Made by a program: the position numbers and the translations under genes. From the NCBI GenBank assembly GCA_963693365.1, contig CAVNZM010000009.1, forward strand, positions 4,599,146 through 4,663,145: 64,000 bases of DNA, given 5' to 3'. Origin of the DNA: Amoebidium appalachense. Its lineage: Eukaryota; Protista; Ichthyosporea. Positions within the stretch are counted from its first letter, which is position 1, and every line of letters starts with the position of its first letter. Of the stretch, positions 62,357 to 64,000 are shown in pieces. The notes under the pieces were generated by a model. It was not told where the DNA came from, ran no database searches, and saw only the letters and a list, made by a program, of their open reading frames with translations.

Positions 62357-62490
62357 ATGTGCACATGCATTCAGGAGTCTCTTCTCCAGTTGCATGCGGT
62401 GCTTGTGTACGTGTACGTGTAGCGTACATGTATGTGTGTGTGCGTGTACCTGTACCTGTACCTGTACCTGTACGTTCGTGCGTGCATGTG

Positions 62491-62600
<110 letters not shown>

Positions 62601-62605
62601 TGTGG

Positions 62606-63301
62606 CTATGCGTTGCCCGACAGCCTTGCGCCCCAGTCGATGAGTGCAATCAGTACCTCCACGGCAATCAGCGCAATGATGGTTGTCTCCATGCGGTCAC
62701 TGTGTCGCTGTGCAATGTACTGCCGCAAGATCTGTGGGGTATTTTTGCGAGAGAGGGTGGGAGTGAGAAAAGGGAGGTGGGGATGATTGCAACAGTTAAT
62801 ATGTGGCACACAGCCATATGTGCAAGATAACAGCAAGTACTAGCCTGTTACACACTGCATGATATCCACCATGTATACATCAACCAGACAGGATGCCCCC
62901 CCCCTCCCCCCCTTTTCTTTTCCCTCTTTTTCTTTTACTGGAGGGGGGGGGGGGGGGGGTAGTCCATCCTCAGCAAGGGTTTAAGCACAAAGCCACAGTT
63001 TCAACCTATGGAGGGGGGGGAGGGAGGGGGGGGGGGATGTGGAACTGGGAACGAAGAACCAAATACACAAACATATGCATGACCTGACATGCATACAAAC
63101 GTACAAACAAAACATGTAGAAGGGGTGCTTGCGCATAGGTGTGCCCCTCTGTGGCGTGCACACAAATGCGTATGTAGGTGTGTGTGTGTGTGTGTGTGTG
63201 CCTGCCTGAACGCACACATATGGTTGCGTGTATGCATAGTAGTGGGCGCGCCTGCGCGCCTGTGTCTGTTCACGTCCAGGCCTGCACTCATTTCTGCGCG
63301 G

Positions 63302-63384
<83 letters not shown>

Positions 63385-63821
63385 TGTGTGAGTGTGAGTG
63401 TGTTATGTGTGTCTGTGTGTTGCATGTGTGTCTGTGTGGGCAACACACACCAAGGCCAAAAAGGTATAGTAAAAAGGCAATCAGAACCGAGGACCCCACG
63501 GGGCGGAGGGCGGGGGGGGGGGGGGGGGGTTGGTATGTGTGCCAGTAAGATACACGTTCATGACGGACAACACAAGGCGGATTGCAAAGCACACTTAGAG
63601 AGGGAGGGGCAGGGGCAGGGGGAGGGGGAGGGAGAGGGGGAGGGGGAGGGGGAGGGGGAGAGAAGGGGGGGGGGGGGGGGGGGGACTGCTGTCTACCTCT
63701 GACAGTTCGTTCATGTATGTAAGCTTGTCGTTCATTACGTTGGTGCGCGTGTTGAGGTCAAGGTGCTTACGGCACATATCCGTGTAGAGCTTTTCGAGCC
63801 CTGGCTTGTCCCAGTAGAAGT
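62606..63821 (-). CDS. RMND1: RMND1/Rmd1-family (DUF155) protein, last two exons (63821-63697, 62731-62606); gene starts beyond the window
   Basis: FYWDKPGLEKLYTDMCRKHLDLNTRTNVMNDKLTYMNELSE|ILRQYIAQRHSDRMETTIIALIAVEV matches the family C-terminus; phase-0 GT-AG intron. Confidence 0.85.
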
Positions 63822-64000
63822 CTGCACAATAGGCAACAGGGTTAGAAAGGGCATGAATACTCTACTTCCCTGCCAGAAAAAACAGAACAAAAAAGGTGCA
63901 AAAGGTCGAACGAGACACACACAAACACATAGGCTGGATAGAGCATGCAACGTCAGGACGTAAACCCATTCAATAGCATGCAACAGAGACACCAAGCTGC

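Overview
A eukaryotic genomic window spanning the end of an endogenous giant virus (Nucleocytoviricota) and the flanking host DNA. About 1-9.9 kb is gene-dense, intron-less and GC-rich. It encodes a double jelly-roll major capsid protein, VLTF3, an Erv1/Alr thiol oxidase, a tandem HNH nuclease, a zinc-ribbon/PD-(D/E)XK nuclease and paralogous orphan genes. About 10-15.8 kb is a highly structured putative terminal region: two convergent coiled-coil genes with identical TATA boxes and CCAAT boxes flank a ~1 kb array of 22-bp TTAGGG-containing repeats, followed by a 92-bp palindromic tandem array, C-rich modules and an inverted repeat. From ~16 kb the DNA is host-like, with (CA)n microsatellites, poly-G/C runs and GT-AG introns. 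By hand-splicing I recovered a phase-consistent 14-exon gene encoding an unusual DCX/KHA-like + bHLH-ZIP + PAS/PAC protein. The host part also holds a cAMP-receptor/Git3-like 7TM gene, two related LINE retrotransposon copies, a divergent pair of small Cys/Trp-motif peptide genes, decayed BACK and F-box fragments, and the 3' end of an RMND1/DUF155 gene. Host identity cannot be read from the sequence; a unicellular holozoan such as an ichthyosporean is only a guess. All family calls are by-eye motif recognition, with no database search.
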